DNA of 40,567 bases, from NCBI GenBank assembly GCA_031265105.1, contig JAISDC010000230.1, positions 1 to 40,567 of the forward strand, given 5' to 3'. Both the position numbers and the translations under genes were made by a program. Shown here one piece after another: positions 19,288 to 28,027 of the stretch (its first letter is position 1; every line of letters begins with the position of its first letter). A model generated the notes under the pieces. The model made no database searches. It saw only the letters and a program-made list of their open reading frames with translations, and was not told where the DNA came from. Origin of the DNA: Verrucomicrobiales bacterium. GTDB taxonomy: Bacteria; Verrucomicrobiota; Verrucomicrobiia; Methylacidiphilales; JAAUTS01.

Positions 19288-20079
19288 ATGAATGACAAAT
19301 TACCGGTGGCCGTGGTCATGATCGCCCGCAACGAGGCGCGGCGGTTACCGCGCTCGCTCGGCAGCGTCAGCGGCTGGGTCAGCGAGCTTATGGTCGTTAC
19401 CAACGACTGCGCCGACGACACTGCCGGCGTGGCGGCGAGCTTCGGCGCCATCGTCAGCGAGCATCCGTTTCAAAATTTTCGCGACCAAAAAGCCTTCGCG
19501 CTGTCGCTGGCGACACAGCCGTGGGTGCTCAGTCTCGACGCCGACGAGGTGGTAACACCGGCGTTGCGTGACGAAATCCGTGACCTCATCGTCAGTGCCC
19601 CGGACACTGTCAGCGGCGCGTGGTTGCCGCGCCGGCTGTGGTTCATGGGCCGGTGGGTCCGGCACGGCGACAATTATCCCGACCGCGTGCTGCGGCTGGT
19701 CCGCCGCGACCGCGCGCGCCTGGCGGACGCGACCATTCACGAGCGGCTGGAGGTCACGGGGCTGACGGTGAAGTGCAAGAACGATTTGCTGCACTACTCG
19801 AATGAATCGGTGGCCCGGCATTTGGAAAAAATCGGTTATTACAACGATTGTTTTGTGCGAGAGGCGGCGTTACAGGGGAGGAAGGTCTGGTCGCTGACGG
19901 TGATTTTGCGGTCTGGCTGGCGTTTGTTTCGCGCCTATTTTTTTCGGCTCGGTTTTCTCGACGGTTTTCTCGGTCTGTATCTGGCGGTCACGAGCGCTTA
20001 CGCGACGTTTTCAAAATACACAATGCTGATTGAGCATTGGCGTGTGCCAGCGTCAGCGGGCAAGAAAGCAAACCAATGA
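19288..20079 (+). CDS. Glycosyltransferase family 2 (WaaE/KdtX-like LPS glucosyltransferase)
   Basis: IARNEA, WVLSLDADE, YPDRVLRL, IHE and GFLDG...FSKY. Confidence 0.9.
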   Translation: MNDKLPVAVVMIARNEARRLPRSLGSVSGWVSELMVVTNDCADDTAGVAASFGAIVSEHPFQNFRDQKAFALSLATQPWVLSLDADEVVTPALRDEIRDLIVSAPDTVSGAWLPRRLWFMGRWVRHGDNYPDRVLRLVRRDRARLADATIHERLEVTGLTVKCKNDLLHYSNESVARHLEKIGYYNDCFVREAALQGRKVWSLTVILRSGWRLFRAYFFRLGFLDGFLGLYLAVTSAYATFSKYTMLIEHWRVPASAGKKANQ

Positions 20080-20282
20080 ACGAGGACCGCTACGACTACG
20101 AACATGAGTGGGAGCGCGAGCGCAGTTGGCTGGTGCGGTTGTTGCCGGATGCGGCGGGGCTGGTCGGCGTGTTCATTGTTTGCGCGGTCAATGCTCCGCA
20201 ATGGCTATACCAAGCTTGCCGGAGTTGGCGGCGAAAAACACCGGGCGTGGACGACGAAAAATTTCGCCAACGACAACCATGA
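20076..20282 (+). CDS. 68-aa hypothetical protein with one hydrophobic segment
   Basis: ATGA overlaps with both the upstream GT2 stop and the downstream GT25 start. Confidence 0.5.
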   Translation: MNEDRYDYEHEWERERSWLVRLLPDAAGLVGVFIVCAVNAPQWLYQACRSWRRKTPGVDDEKFRQRQP

Positions 20283-21082
20283 AAACACCCGTTCATATTT
20301 TTATTATCAACCTGCCGCGTGTCGCTGACCGTCGCGCGATGATGACCCGGCAGTTGTCCGCGCTGGGGCTGCCGTTTGAATTTGTCGAGGGCGTGGACGG
20401 ACGCGCACTGTCAGCGGCGGCACTGGCCGAAAATTATGACCATGACAAGGCGCTGCGCGAGCGTAACGCGATGACCTTGCCGGAAATCGGCTGCGCGCTG
20501 AGCCATCAGAAAATTTACCGGAAAATGGCGGCGGAAAATATTCCCTGCGCATTGATTTTGGAGGACGACGTGAAGTTGGCGGATGATTTGCCGGATGTGC
20601 TGACCGAGTTGGCAAACCGGCCCGCTGACGGTGAGGTGGTGCTGCTCGGCCATGTGCCGCGCCATTTACGACGTGGCCGGGCGCCGCTGACGGTGACGCG
20701 CGCGTTGGCGCGGACGCACGGCCTGTGCTGGGGTGCTTACGCTTATTTCCTTGACAGCGTGGCGGCGGCGCGGCTGCTAGCCGACGCTCATCCGGTGTGG
20801 GTGGTGGCGGACCACTGGCGGAAGTTTCAGGAACGCGGCCTGGTCATGGTCAGCGCCATGACACCGTATTGCGCGGGGTTGACCGAGCTGGGCCGGGCCA
20901 GCTCCATCGGTGAAAGAGGAGTGCCGCGCCGCCGTGGGCTGGCCGGTTGGTTGCGCCGTCAGCGGCAGCGTTATTGTCACGCCGGTTTGCCGGCTTATTT
21001 GTGGCGCACAGTCCGCTGGAAAGTGGCGCGGCTGCTGGCCACGGTCAGCGGCAATGTTGTCACGCAACCCAGGACTTGGTGA
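20279..21082 (+). CDS. Glycosyltransferase family 25
   Basis: FIINL...RR, FEFVEGVDG, EIGCALSH and ALILEDD. Confidence 0.92.
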   Translation: MKTPVHIFIINLPRVADRRAMMTRQLSALGLPFEFVEGVDGRALSAAALAENYDHDKALRERNAMTLPEIGCALSHQKIYRKMAAENIPCALILEDDVKLADDLPDVLTELANRPADGEVVLLGHVPRHLRRGRAPLTVTRALARTHGLCWGAYAYFLDSVAAARLLADAHPVWVVADHWRKFQERGLVMVSAMTPYCAGLTELGRASSIGERGVPRRRGLAGWLRRQRQRYCHAGLPAYLWRTVRWKVARLLATVSGNVVTQPRTW

Positions 21083-21092
21083 TTCACGCCCA

Positions 21093-21941
21093 ATGCAGAC
21101 GCCTTTTTATTATTATGACCGGGACACGAACTTTGGCGATTTGGCCAATCCGCTGCTGATGGAACGGGTATTCGGCCTGCCTGTCGTCCACGCGAGCAAG
21201 TATCGCGCCGCGCTCTGCGGTGTCGGCAGCGTGTTGAAACATTTTATATGTCGGCGCGGCAATCTGGTCAAGAGATTGCGCGGCACCCTAACTGCCGAAT
21301 GCGTGGTTTGGAGCGCTGGCTTTATCGCCGCGCCGCCGCCTGGCCGGATTTTTTTTCGCGCCATGAATTTTCAAGCCTTGCGCGGCAAGCTCAGTCGCGG
21401 CCACGCGGAACGAATCACCGGAACCAGGCTGGACGTGCCGTTGGGCGACGGCGGCTTGCTTTACCCGCTGCTGCTGGAGCGCCGCCCGCCGGTCACGCAT
21501 GCGGTCGGCCTCATCCCGCATGTGAGCGAGCGGGATTTGCCGGTGTTTGCCGCGTTGCGCGCGCGCATACCGCGTTCGACGCTGATTGATTTGCGGGCGG
21601 AGCCGCTGACGGTGCTCAGGCAAATCGCCGCCTGCGAAACAATTTTGTCGAGCGCGTTGCACGGGTTAATCGCCGCCGACGGCCTGGGCATCCCGAACCG
21701 CCGCCTCATTGTCAGCGACCGGCTGATCGGCGGTGACTTCAAATTCAACGACTATTATTCCGTATATACACTATCAGCGCCACCGGCGCCCATCCGTCTG
21801 AATGAGGATAATTTGGCGGCAGCCGGGGATTTTTTCGCCACCATCAGCGACGATTATCAAATTGCGCCAACCGAGGTTTTGAAAATCCAGGAAACGCTGC
21901 GCGCGGTGTTTGTACACAGGATTTTGCCGAGTTTCAGATAG
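21093..21941 (+). CDS. Polysaccharide pyruvyl transferase family protein (ExoV-like)
   Basis: NFGDLAN, VGSVL, ALRGKLS, LGDGGLL, GLIPH and SSALHGLIAADGLGIP. Confidence 0.85.
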   Translation: MQTPFYYYDRDTNFGDLANPLLMERVFGLPVVHASKYRAALCGVGSVLKHFICRRGNLVKRLRGTLTAECVVWSAGFIAAPPPGRIFFRAMNFQALRGKLSRGHAERITGTRLDVPLGDGGLLYPLLLERRPPVTHAVGLIPHVSERDLPVFAALRARIPRSTLIDLRAEPLTVLRQIAACETILSSALHGLIAADGLGIPNRRLIVSDRLIGGDFKFNDYYSVYTLSAPPAPIRLNEDNLAAAGDFFATISDDYQIAPTEVLKIQETLRAVFVHRILPSFR

Positions 21942-22098
21942 ACCGCGAGCAACTTGGGCGAACGCTGACGGTGTGGCCATTACGCGTGAATTTGTACCTC
22001 GTAGCCATTTTAGACCTCTTCCCGCACCGTCAGCGGCAATAATATCTGCCACCGAAAATAGTTTGAATCAACGGGTGATTAGATTAACATATACCCAT

Positions 22099-22305
22099 AT
22101 GGAAACTGTCACGCTTTCATCTGAGTATCAGGTGGTTATCCCGCCGTCGGTTAGAAAAGAACTGGCTTGGCGTCCCGGCACCCGGCTCAGTGTGTTCAAG
22201 CACGGAGGCGGGGTTGAATTTGTCCCAGCGCGCTCGCCACAGAGTCTGCGCGGTTTCTTGCGCGGGATGGATACCAATATTGAACGTGATGAAGACCGGT
22301 TATGA
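22099..22305 (+). CDS. AbrB/MazE-family antitoxin
   Basis: LSSEYQVVIPPSVRKEL...PG, coupled (ATGA) to a PIN gene. Confidence 0.85.
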   Translation: METVTLSSEYQVVIPPSVRKELAWRPGTRLSVFKHGGGVEFVPARSPQSLRGFLRGMDTNIERDEDRL

Positions 22306-22661
22306 ACGTGGTGGATTCTTCCGCGTGGCTGGAAGATCTGTGCGACACAGAGCGGGCGGATTTGTTCGCCGAGGCGATTGAAAAGCCGGCGGAGTTGGTG
22401 GTGCCGTCCATTTGTTTGTATGAGGTGGGCAAAAAAGTCTCCCGTGAGTTTGGCGAAGACGCTGCGGCGCAAATCTATGCGCTGATGAGCATGGGCACTG
22501 TGGTTGACCTTGACGCCAGTCTGGCAATGGACGCCGCGGCGCATCATTTGCCGCTGGCGGACAGCATCATTTACGAAACCGCGTTGCGTTATCGCGCCGT
22601 GTTATGGACACAGGATGCGCATTTTGACGGTTTGTCCAACGTGAAATATTTTTCCAAATAA
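22302..22661 (+). CDS. VapC/PIN-domain toxin
   Basis: VVDSSAWLE, VPSICLYEV, LADSIIY and LWTQDAHF. Confidence 0.9.
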   Translation: MNVVDSSAWLEDLCDTERADLFAEAIEKPAELVVPSICLYEVGKKVSREFGEDAAAQIYALMSMGTVVDLDASLAMDAAAHHLPLADSIIYETALRYRAVLWTQDAHFDGLSNVKYFSK

Positions 22662-22702
22662 AAACGGTGACGGATTAGTAATTCATCCCGCTAGCGACAT
22701 CG

Positions 22703-23179
22703 TCAGCGCTGTTTCTCATCTGATGTTTTGCCAAATGCCGCGATTAGTTCTTTGGCTTCCGCTTTGTTGGTAAATGGAAAATTGCCTATTTCCAATTCAC
22801 CACCGGTAATTTCTGCCAGCACTACCGGCGCGGAATATAATTTTCCATTCAACAAAATAGCTAGTCGCTTGCCTATCGTTTCTTTGGTCAATTTAGCAAA
22901 TTTTTCCTTGCTGTTTTCCGTGAGTTTGAGATTAACCGAAAAAGTATCGTTTCGCTCAATCATTTGAGCCGAAACAACATCGCGGTCATCAAGGACTTTT
23001 TCCTTGGACACAAAAAATGTCTGGTCATTGGCAGCGTCGCCAGATTTTGATTTCAGCACCATTGCAACGGTGTCCGGCGATTCTTTTTCTTGGATTCGAC
23101 AAATCGCGAAAACATCTTCCACTGCTGATGAGGTCGCTGCTAACAAAATGCTAATTGCCAACAAACAAAGAAATTTCAT
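22703..23179 (-). CDS. Exported protein with a stand-alone SecD/SecF P1-head-like domain
   Basis: Signal peptide, then VNLKLT...KFAKLTKETIGKRLAILLNGKLYSAPVV..EITGG. AT-rich. Confidence 0.75.
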   Translation of the reverse strand: MKFLCLLAISILLAATSSAVEDVFAICRIQEKESPDTVAMVLKSKSGDAANDQTFFVSKEKVLDDRDVVSAQMIERNDTFSVNLKLTENSKEKFAKLTKETIGKRLAILLNGKLYSAPVVLAEITGGELEIGNFPFTNKAEAKELIAAFGKTSDEKQR

Positions 23180-23308
23180 TTTCTAATTTAATCATATGAC
23201 CATTTTTAATACCACACAAAAACACCCCTTTTGTGGGTGGCGTTTTCATGAATGGGAAGAGCAAAGAGTCATCTTGAAACCACACTTGTCTTGCGCTAAG
23301 TTGACGAT

Positions 23309-23536
23309 ATGTTGAATTGGTCACAATGCTTGGAGGTGGAGCGGTCGCCGCTGACGGTGAGCGGTAATTGGGTGTTTCGTGGCACTCGCGTGCCGGTGTC
23401 GGCATTGTTTCAAAATCTGGAGGATGGCGCGTCGGTGGAGAATTTCCTCGCGTGGTTTTCCGGCGTCACTCGCGAGCAGGTCGCGGCGGTGCTGGCGTTC
23501 ACTGAGAAAAGTTTGCTGGCAGCGGAGGCGGTGTGA
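23309..23536 (+). CDS. DUF433 domain protein (putative antitoxin)
   Basis: SGNWVFRGTRVPVSALFQNLEDG...F.GVTREQV. Confidence 0.88.
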   Translation: MLNWSQCLEVERSPLTVSGNWVFRGTRVPVSALFQNLEDGASVENFLAWFSGVTREQVAAVLAFTEKSLLAAEAV

Positions 23537-23850
23537 AAATTTTGCTCGACCAAGGCACGCCCAATCCCCTACGGGCGCATTTGTCAGGACACACGGTGGC
23601 GACGGTGTATGAGTTGGGGTGGAGCCGGTTGACCAACGGCAATTTGATTCAACAGGCGGAGCAAGAAGGATACGATGTGTTAGTCACCACCGACCAAAAT
23701 TTGAAATACCAGCAAAATTTGCTCCACCGAAAAATCGCCATTGTAGTATTGCTCACTACCAGTTGGCCGCGCTTGCAAAAAGTTGCGCCGCAAATCTCGC
23801 TGACGGTCAGCGGCGTGGCCGCCGGTGATTACATTGAGGTACCCGCATGA
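23533..23850 (+). CDS. DUF5615/PIN-like putative toxin
   Basis: MKILLDQGTP, HTV, GW...NG.L and LVTTDQNLKYQQN. GTGA overlap with the DUF433 gene. Confidence 0.85.
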   Translation: MKILLDQGTPNPLRAHLSGHTVATVYELGWSRLTNGNLIQQAEQEGYDVLVTTDQNLKYQQNLLHRKIAIVVLLTTSWPRLQKVAPQISLTVSGVAAGDYIEVPA

Positions 23851-23912
23851 TGTTGCTGTCAAATAGAGGTATAAGGTATATTTACTTTAGTTTTGCTCTT
23901 TTTTCAAACTGA

Positions 23913-24896
23913 CTATTTTCCTTGACTCGCTGGCGCTGACAAGGTCGCGTCACCGTCAGCGGTGGATTTTGCCGGAAAATATTTTTTAATCCATAACAGG
24001 TAGCCGAGCCACAGCACGCTTGAGCCAATGGTGAACCACAAGATTTGATTGCCGCCGAAATGTTGCAGCCCTTGTTCCAGTTGCGCTAATTGCTGTCCGG
24101 TATAACCGGCGGCGCGGTTAAATTCCATCGTGTCGTGACAGATGAACGTCAGCGTGCCGGACACGCCAAAGAATAACACACAGGCGAATGACAGCCACCA
24201 GCCACTGACGGTCAGTCGGTACATTTTCCACGCCGAATAGAGCCAGAGCACGCTCAGTGCGAGAAACAGAACGGTTGCCGAAATGCCGATTAGGATTTGC
24301 CCAAAGAACGGAAACGCCGGGCGAACAAACGCGACTGGCACCAAAGTCATGACACCCAAAATTATGAACAAACAACTGGCGAGCACCGGCAGCGGGCAAG
24401 CGTCTGTCCAACTTGGCGCTGGGTTGCGTGCTTCGCAGGTAGCTTTGACATGCCGGTCGCCGTAGAACCAAACGCCAATGGCGGGAATTATAAAAAAAAT
24501 GGTTGCTTGAATGGCGATAATAATTCCGCCCACAGGTCCCAGTTTAAGCGGGCTTTGCAATAGCATCCAAAGCAGTGAGCCAACAGTCAAAATTCCCATG
24601 ATTAACACGCACCACGCCAGTATCAGCAACAACGCCCGTGCCCAGCGCTGTGCCTTAATAGAACCGATACCCAGCCAGACGAGTGTCACAGTTAAACCGC
24701 TGTATATTGCCAATGTTACGATTAGCATGTTCGAGTTAATTGGCATGCCGCTTTTTTGCGCGTTAAATAATAAACCGCAAATTATTAACATCATGAATAA
24801 CGCGTTCAACACACCCGCCAGAATTTCCAAAATGCCGAACACTATCAGCCAAGCCGAGCGGTCTTTAAACGGAGCTGTCGAGTTTGTCATCAGCAA
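23913..24896 (-). CDS. Multi-pass membrane hypothetical protein
   Basis: About 8 hydrophobic segments in a 327-aa ORF; no family recognised. Confidence 0.7.
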   Translation of the reverse strand: MLMTNSTAPFKDRSAWLIVFGILEILAGVLNALFMMLIICGLLFNAQKSGMPINSNMLIVTLAIYSGLTVTLVWLGIGSIKAQRWARALLLILAWCVLIMGILTVGSLLWMLLQSPLKLGPVGGIIIAIQATIFFIIPAIGVWFYGDRHVKATCEARNPAPSWTDACPLPVLASCLFIILGVMTLVPVAFVRPAFPFFGQILIGISATVLFLALSVLWLYSAWKMYRLTVSGWWLSFACVLFFGVSGTLTFICHDTMEFNRAAGYTGQQLAQLEQGLQHFGGNQILWFTIGSSVLWLGYLLWIKKYFPAKSTADGDATLSAPASQGK

Positions 24897-24960
24897 TAAA
24901 TAGTCGCTGATGGTGAAATGTCTAGCAATAAATTCGCTGTTAGAGGTAATGGTGCTTCAC

Positions 24961-24992
24961 AAAAAAAGCGCCCCCTTGCGGAGGCGCTTTTT
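24961..24992 (-). terminator. Rho-independent terminator of the dnaK-groESL operon (potentially bidirectional)
   Basis: AAAAAAAGCGCC-loop-GGCGCTTTTT, 33 nt downstream of the groEL stop. Confidence 0.85.
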
Positions 24993-25025
24993 GAATGCAG
25001 CTTGCGCTGACGGTGATGGATTCGC

Positions 25026-26663
25026 TTAGTAATCCATCCCGCCCATGCCGCCGCCGCCCGGAGGCATTGCCGGAGCTTTTTCCTTTTCAGGGGCGTCCGT
25101 GACAATGGCTTCCGTTGTCAACAACAGGCCGCTGATGCTGGCCGCGTTTTGCAGGGCGGTCCGCGTCACTTTCGTCGGGTCCACGACGCCGGCTTTTACG
25201 AGGTCTTCGTATTGCTCGGTGGCCACGTTGTAGCCTTCGGCGCTCTTGCGCTTTTTCACTTCTTGCACGACGATGCTGCCGTCCACGCCCGCATTGTCAG
25301 CGAGGGTGCGGAGCGGTTGCTCAATCGCGCGGTTGACGATTTGCGCGCCGATGAGCTGGTCTTCGTCGGTCAGCTTCAGCGCTTCAATCGCTTTTTGCGC
25401 GCGGATGAGCGCGGTGCCGCCACCGGGGACGATGCCTTCCTCGACCGCCGCGCGGGTGGCGTGCAGGGCGTCTTCGACGCGGGCTTTCTTTTCCTTCATC
25501 TCGGTCTCGGTCGCGGCGCCGACGTTGATGACGGCCACGCCACCGGCGAGTTTCGCCAGGCGTTCTTGCAATTTCTCGCGGTCGTAGTCGCTGGTGGTCT
25601 CTTCAATCTGGCGGCGGATTTGACCCACGCGCCCTTGAATGTCAGCGTTCTTGCCGCCGCCTTCGATGATGGTGGTGTTTTCCTTGTCAATGACGATGCG
25701 CTTGGCTTTGCCGAGGTCGTCGATGCCGGTGTTCTCCAGCTTGATGCCGAGGTCTTCGCTCAGCAGCTTGCCGCCGGTCAGCACGGCGATGTCTTCGAGA
25801 ATCGCCTTGCGCCGGTCGCCGAAGCCGGGGGCTTTGACGGCGGCCACTTGCAGCGTGCCGCGCAGTTTGTTCACCACCAGCGTCGCGAGCGCCTCGCCCT
25901 CGACTTCTTCCGCGATGATGAGCAGCGGTTTGCCGCTCTTGGCGACTTTCTCGAGCACGGGGAGCAAGTCCTTCATGCTGGAGATTTTTTTCTCGTTGAT
26001 GAGGATGTAGGCGTTCTCCAACACGGCTTCCTGCGCCTCGGCGTCGGTAACGAAGTAGGGCGAGAGGTAACCTTTGTCGAACTGCATGCCCTCGACCACT
26101 TCCAGCGAGGTCTCGATGGATTTGGCTTCCTCGACCGTGACGGTGCCGTCTTTGCCGACCTTGTCCAGCGCGTCGGCGATGATTTCACCGACGGTGTGGT
26201 CCCAGTTGGCGCTGACGGTGGCGACTTGCTTGATTTCCTCTTTATCCTTGACTTTCTTGGAAATCTTCGCGAGTTCCGTGACGACGACTTCGACGGCTTT
26301 GTCAATGCCGCGCTTGAGGTCGGTCGGGTTGGCGCCGGCGGTGACGTGTTTCAAGCCGGACTTGTAGATGGCTTCTGCCAACACGGTCGCGGTCGTGGTG
26401 CCGTCACCGGCGATGTCGCTGGTTTTGCTGGCGACTTCGCGGACGAGTTGGGCGCCGATATTTTCATAACGGTCTTCCAACTCGATTTCCTTCGCCACGG
26501 TCACGCCGTCCTTGGTGATGGTCGGTGAGCCGAATTTTTTGTCGAGGACGACGTTGCGTCCGCCGGGACCCATCGTGGCTTTCACCGCGCGGGCGAGTTT
26601 TTCCACGCCGCGCAGGAGACCCTGGCGGGCGGCTTCTTCGAATAATAACTGTTTTGCTGCCAT
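25026..26663 (-). CDS. groL: Chaperonin GroEL
   Basis: [46 protein letters not shown] and GGM tail. Confidence 0.99.
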   Translation of the reverse strand: MAAKQLLFEEAARQGLLRGVEKLARAVKATMGPGGRNVVLDKKFGSPTITKDGVTVAKEIELEDRYENIGAQLVREVASKTSDIAGDGTTTATVLAEAIYKSGLKHVTAGANPTDLKRGIDKAVEVVVTELAKISKKVKDKEEIKQVATVSANWDHTVGEIIADALDKVGKDGTVTVEEAKSIETSLEVVEGMQFDKGYLSPYFVTDAEAQEAVLENAYILINEKKISSMKDLLPVLEKVAKSGKPLLIIAEEVEGEALATLVVNKLRGTLQVAAVKAPGFGDRRKAILEDIAVLTGGKLLSEDLGIKLENTGIDDLGKAKRIVIDKENTTIIEGGGKNADIQGRVGQIRRQIEETTSDYDREKLQERLAKLAGGVAVINVGAATETEMKEKKARVEDALHATRAAVEEGIVPGGGTALIRAQKAIEALKLTDEDQLIGAQIVNRAIEQPLRTLADNAGVDGSIVVQEVKKRKSAEGYNVATEQYEDLVKAGVVDPTKVTRTALQNAASISGLLLTTEAIVTDAPEKEKAPAMPPGGGGMGGMDY

Positions 26664-26687
26664 AGTGTGTGTTTTCCTTTCTTGAAT

Positions 26688-26984
26688 TTATGCGATTACG
26701 CCGAGGATATCGTCCTCGCGCAAGATGAGATACTTGTCGCCGTCGAGAGTGACCTCGGTGCCGCCGTATTTGCTATACAACACGCGGTCGCCTTTGCTCA
26801 CCTCGAACGGAATGACTTTGCCACTCTCGTCTTTTTTACCAGTACCGAGGGCGACGATGGTGCCTTCCTGCGGTTTTTCCTTCGCGGTATCGGGGATGAT
26901 GATACCGCCCTTCTTCACTTCCTGCTCCTCGATGGGTTCGACCAACACGCGGTCGCCAACGGGTTTGAACTTAATGTTTGCCAT
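26688..26984 (-). CDS. groS: Co-chaperonin GroES
   Basis: [25 protein letters not shown] and YSKYGGTE. Confidence 0.98.
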   Translation of the reverse strand: MANIKFKPVGDRVLVEPIEEQEVKKGGIIIPDTAKEKPQEGTIVALGTGKKDESGKVIPFEVSKGDRVLYSKYGGTEVTLDGDKYLILREDDILGVIA

Positions 26985-27027
26985 AAGTTACTTTTTTCTT
27001 TCTTGTTATCGTTAGTTTTTGTTTTAG

Positions 27028-27068
27028 TCAACACCAGCGGCAGCGGAGCCGCTGATGGTCACGAAATT
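27028..27068. repeat. 41-bp hairpin direct repeat, copy R1
   Basis: TCAACACCAGCGGCAGCGGAGCCGCTGATGGTCACGAAATT; 38/41 identical to R2; contains the KilA-N gene stop. Confidence 0.92.
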
Positions 27069-27919
27069 ATTTGTGGTTTCTCCTTCAATAGTTTCATTCC
27101 TTGGTTTCCCATGAGCGATTTCATTTGTGTAATCGCCACGTTGTTTAATTGTACCAGTCGCTCGCCTTGCGGTAAACTGTGGCGAACGAGCAGGGCGTTG
27201 ACGCTTTCCATGTTTGAGAGCACCACGAGTTGTTCCAACGCGGCGAAGTCGCGGATGTTGCCTTTTTCGCCGGGGTTGTCATCGCGCCATTGCTTCGCTG
27301 TTTTGCCGAACAGAGCCACGTTCAGCAAGTCGGCTTCATTGGCATAGACAGTGCTGATTTGTTTTTTGGTGACGAGTTGCGGGATGATGCATTCCTTGAT
27401 GGCGTCAGTGTGGATGCGGTAATTGATTTTGGAAAGTGTGCGTTGCAAATTCCATTCGAGCGAAAGCCGTTGGTTTTCTTCTCGTTTAAGACGCTTAAAT
27501 TCAGTGACGAGGAAAAGTTCAAATTCCGCCGAAATCCATGCGGCGAATTTAAAGGCAATATCGGAATGGGCAAATGTACCTCCACCATAGCGACCTGACT
27601 TTGAAATCAAGCCAATGGCATTGGTTTCGCTAATCCATTTTTGCGGTGACATCCAAAAATGTGGTTTGGCGGACTCATTTTTAAACCCCTCATAAATGTG
27701 GGGTTTAAAATTTGGGTTGTTTAGCTTTTCCCACAACCCGATATACTCAATCGTGCTGTAGGTGCGAAGCCAAAGGCTGATAACCTGCGACGGACTTTCG
27801 TCGTTGCGGTATCTTGCCATGTCGGTGAGCGAAATATAATCTTCCTTCTCTTTTGAGAACAAGACTATTTTCGTCCCCTGCACAGTTATGGTTTCCTTCT
27901 TCGCCACATTATTCTCCAT
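27059..27919 (-). CDS. KilA-N domain protein
   Basis: EDYISLTDMARY, WLRTYSTIEYIGLWEKLNNPNFK, SPQKWI, SKSGRYGGGTFAHSDIAFKFAAWIS and LSKINYRIHTDAIK. Confidence 0.92.
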   Translation of the reverse strand: MENNVAKKETITVQGTKIVLFSKEKEDYISLTDMARYRNDESPSQVISLWLRTYSTIEYIGLWEKLNNPNFKPHIYEGFKNESAKPHFWMSPQKWISETNAIGLISKSGRYGGGTFAHSDIAFKFAAWISAEFELFLVTEFKRLKREENQRLSLEWNLQRTLSKINYRIHTDAIKECIIPQLVTKKQISTVYANEADLLNVALFGKTAKQWRDDNPGEKGNIRDFAALEQLVVLSNMESVNALLVRHSLPQGERLVQLNNVAITQMKSLMGNQGMKLLKEKPQIIS

Positions 27920-27927
27920 TGCCAACT

Positions 27928-27955
27928 TTAAAGTGGTCAAATTCGACCACTTTAA
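27928..27955. promoter_or_regulatory. 28-bp near-perfect palindrome upstream of the KilA-N gene
   Basis: TTAAAGTGGTC-AAATTC-GACCACTTTAA, lying 8 nt upstream of the ATG at 27919. Confidence 0.7.
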
Positions 27956-27967
27956 TTTTTCTTCTTA

Positions 27968-28008
27968 TCACCATCAGCGGCAACGGAGCCGCTGATGGTC
28001 ACGAAATT
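27968..28008. repeat. 41-bp hairpin direct repeat, copy R2
   Basis: TCACCATCAGCGGCAACGGAGCCGCTGATGGTCACGAAATT; perfect 12-bp stem with a 6-nt loop. Confidence 0.92.
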
Positions 28009-28027
28009 TGTTTTTATTTTTACAAAA

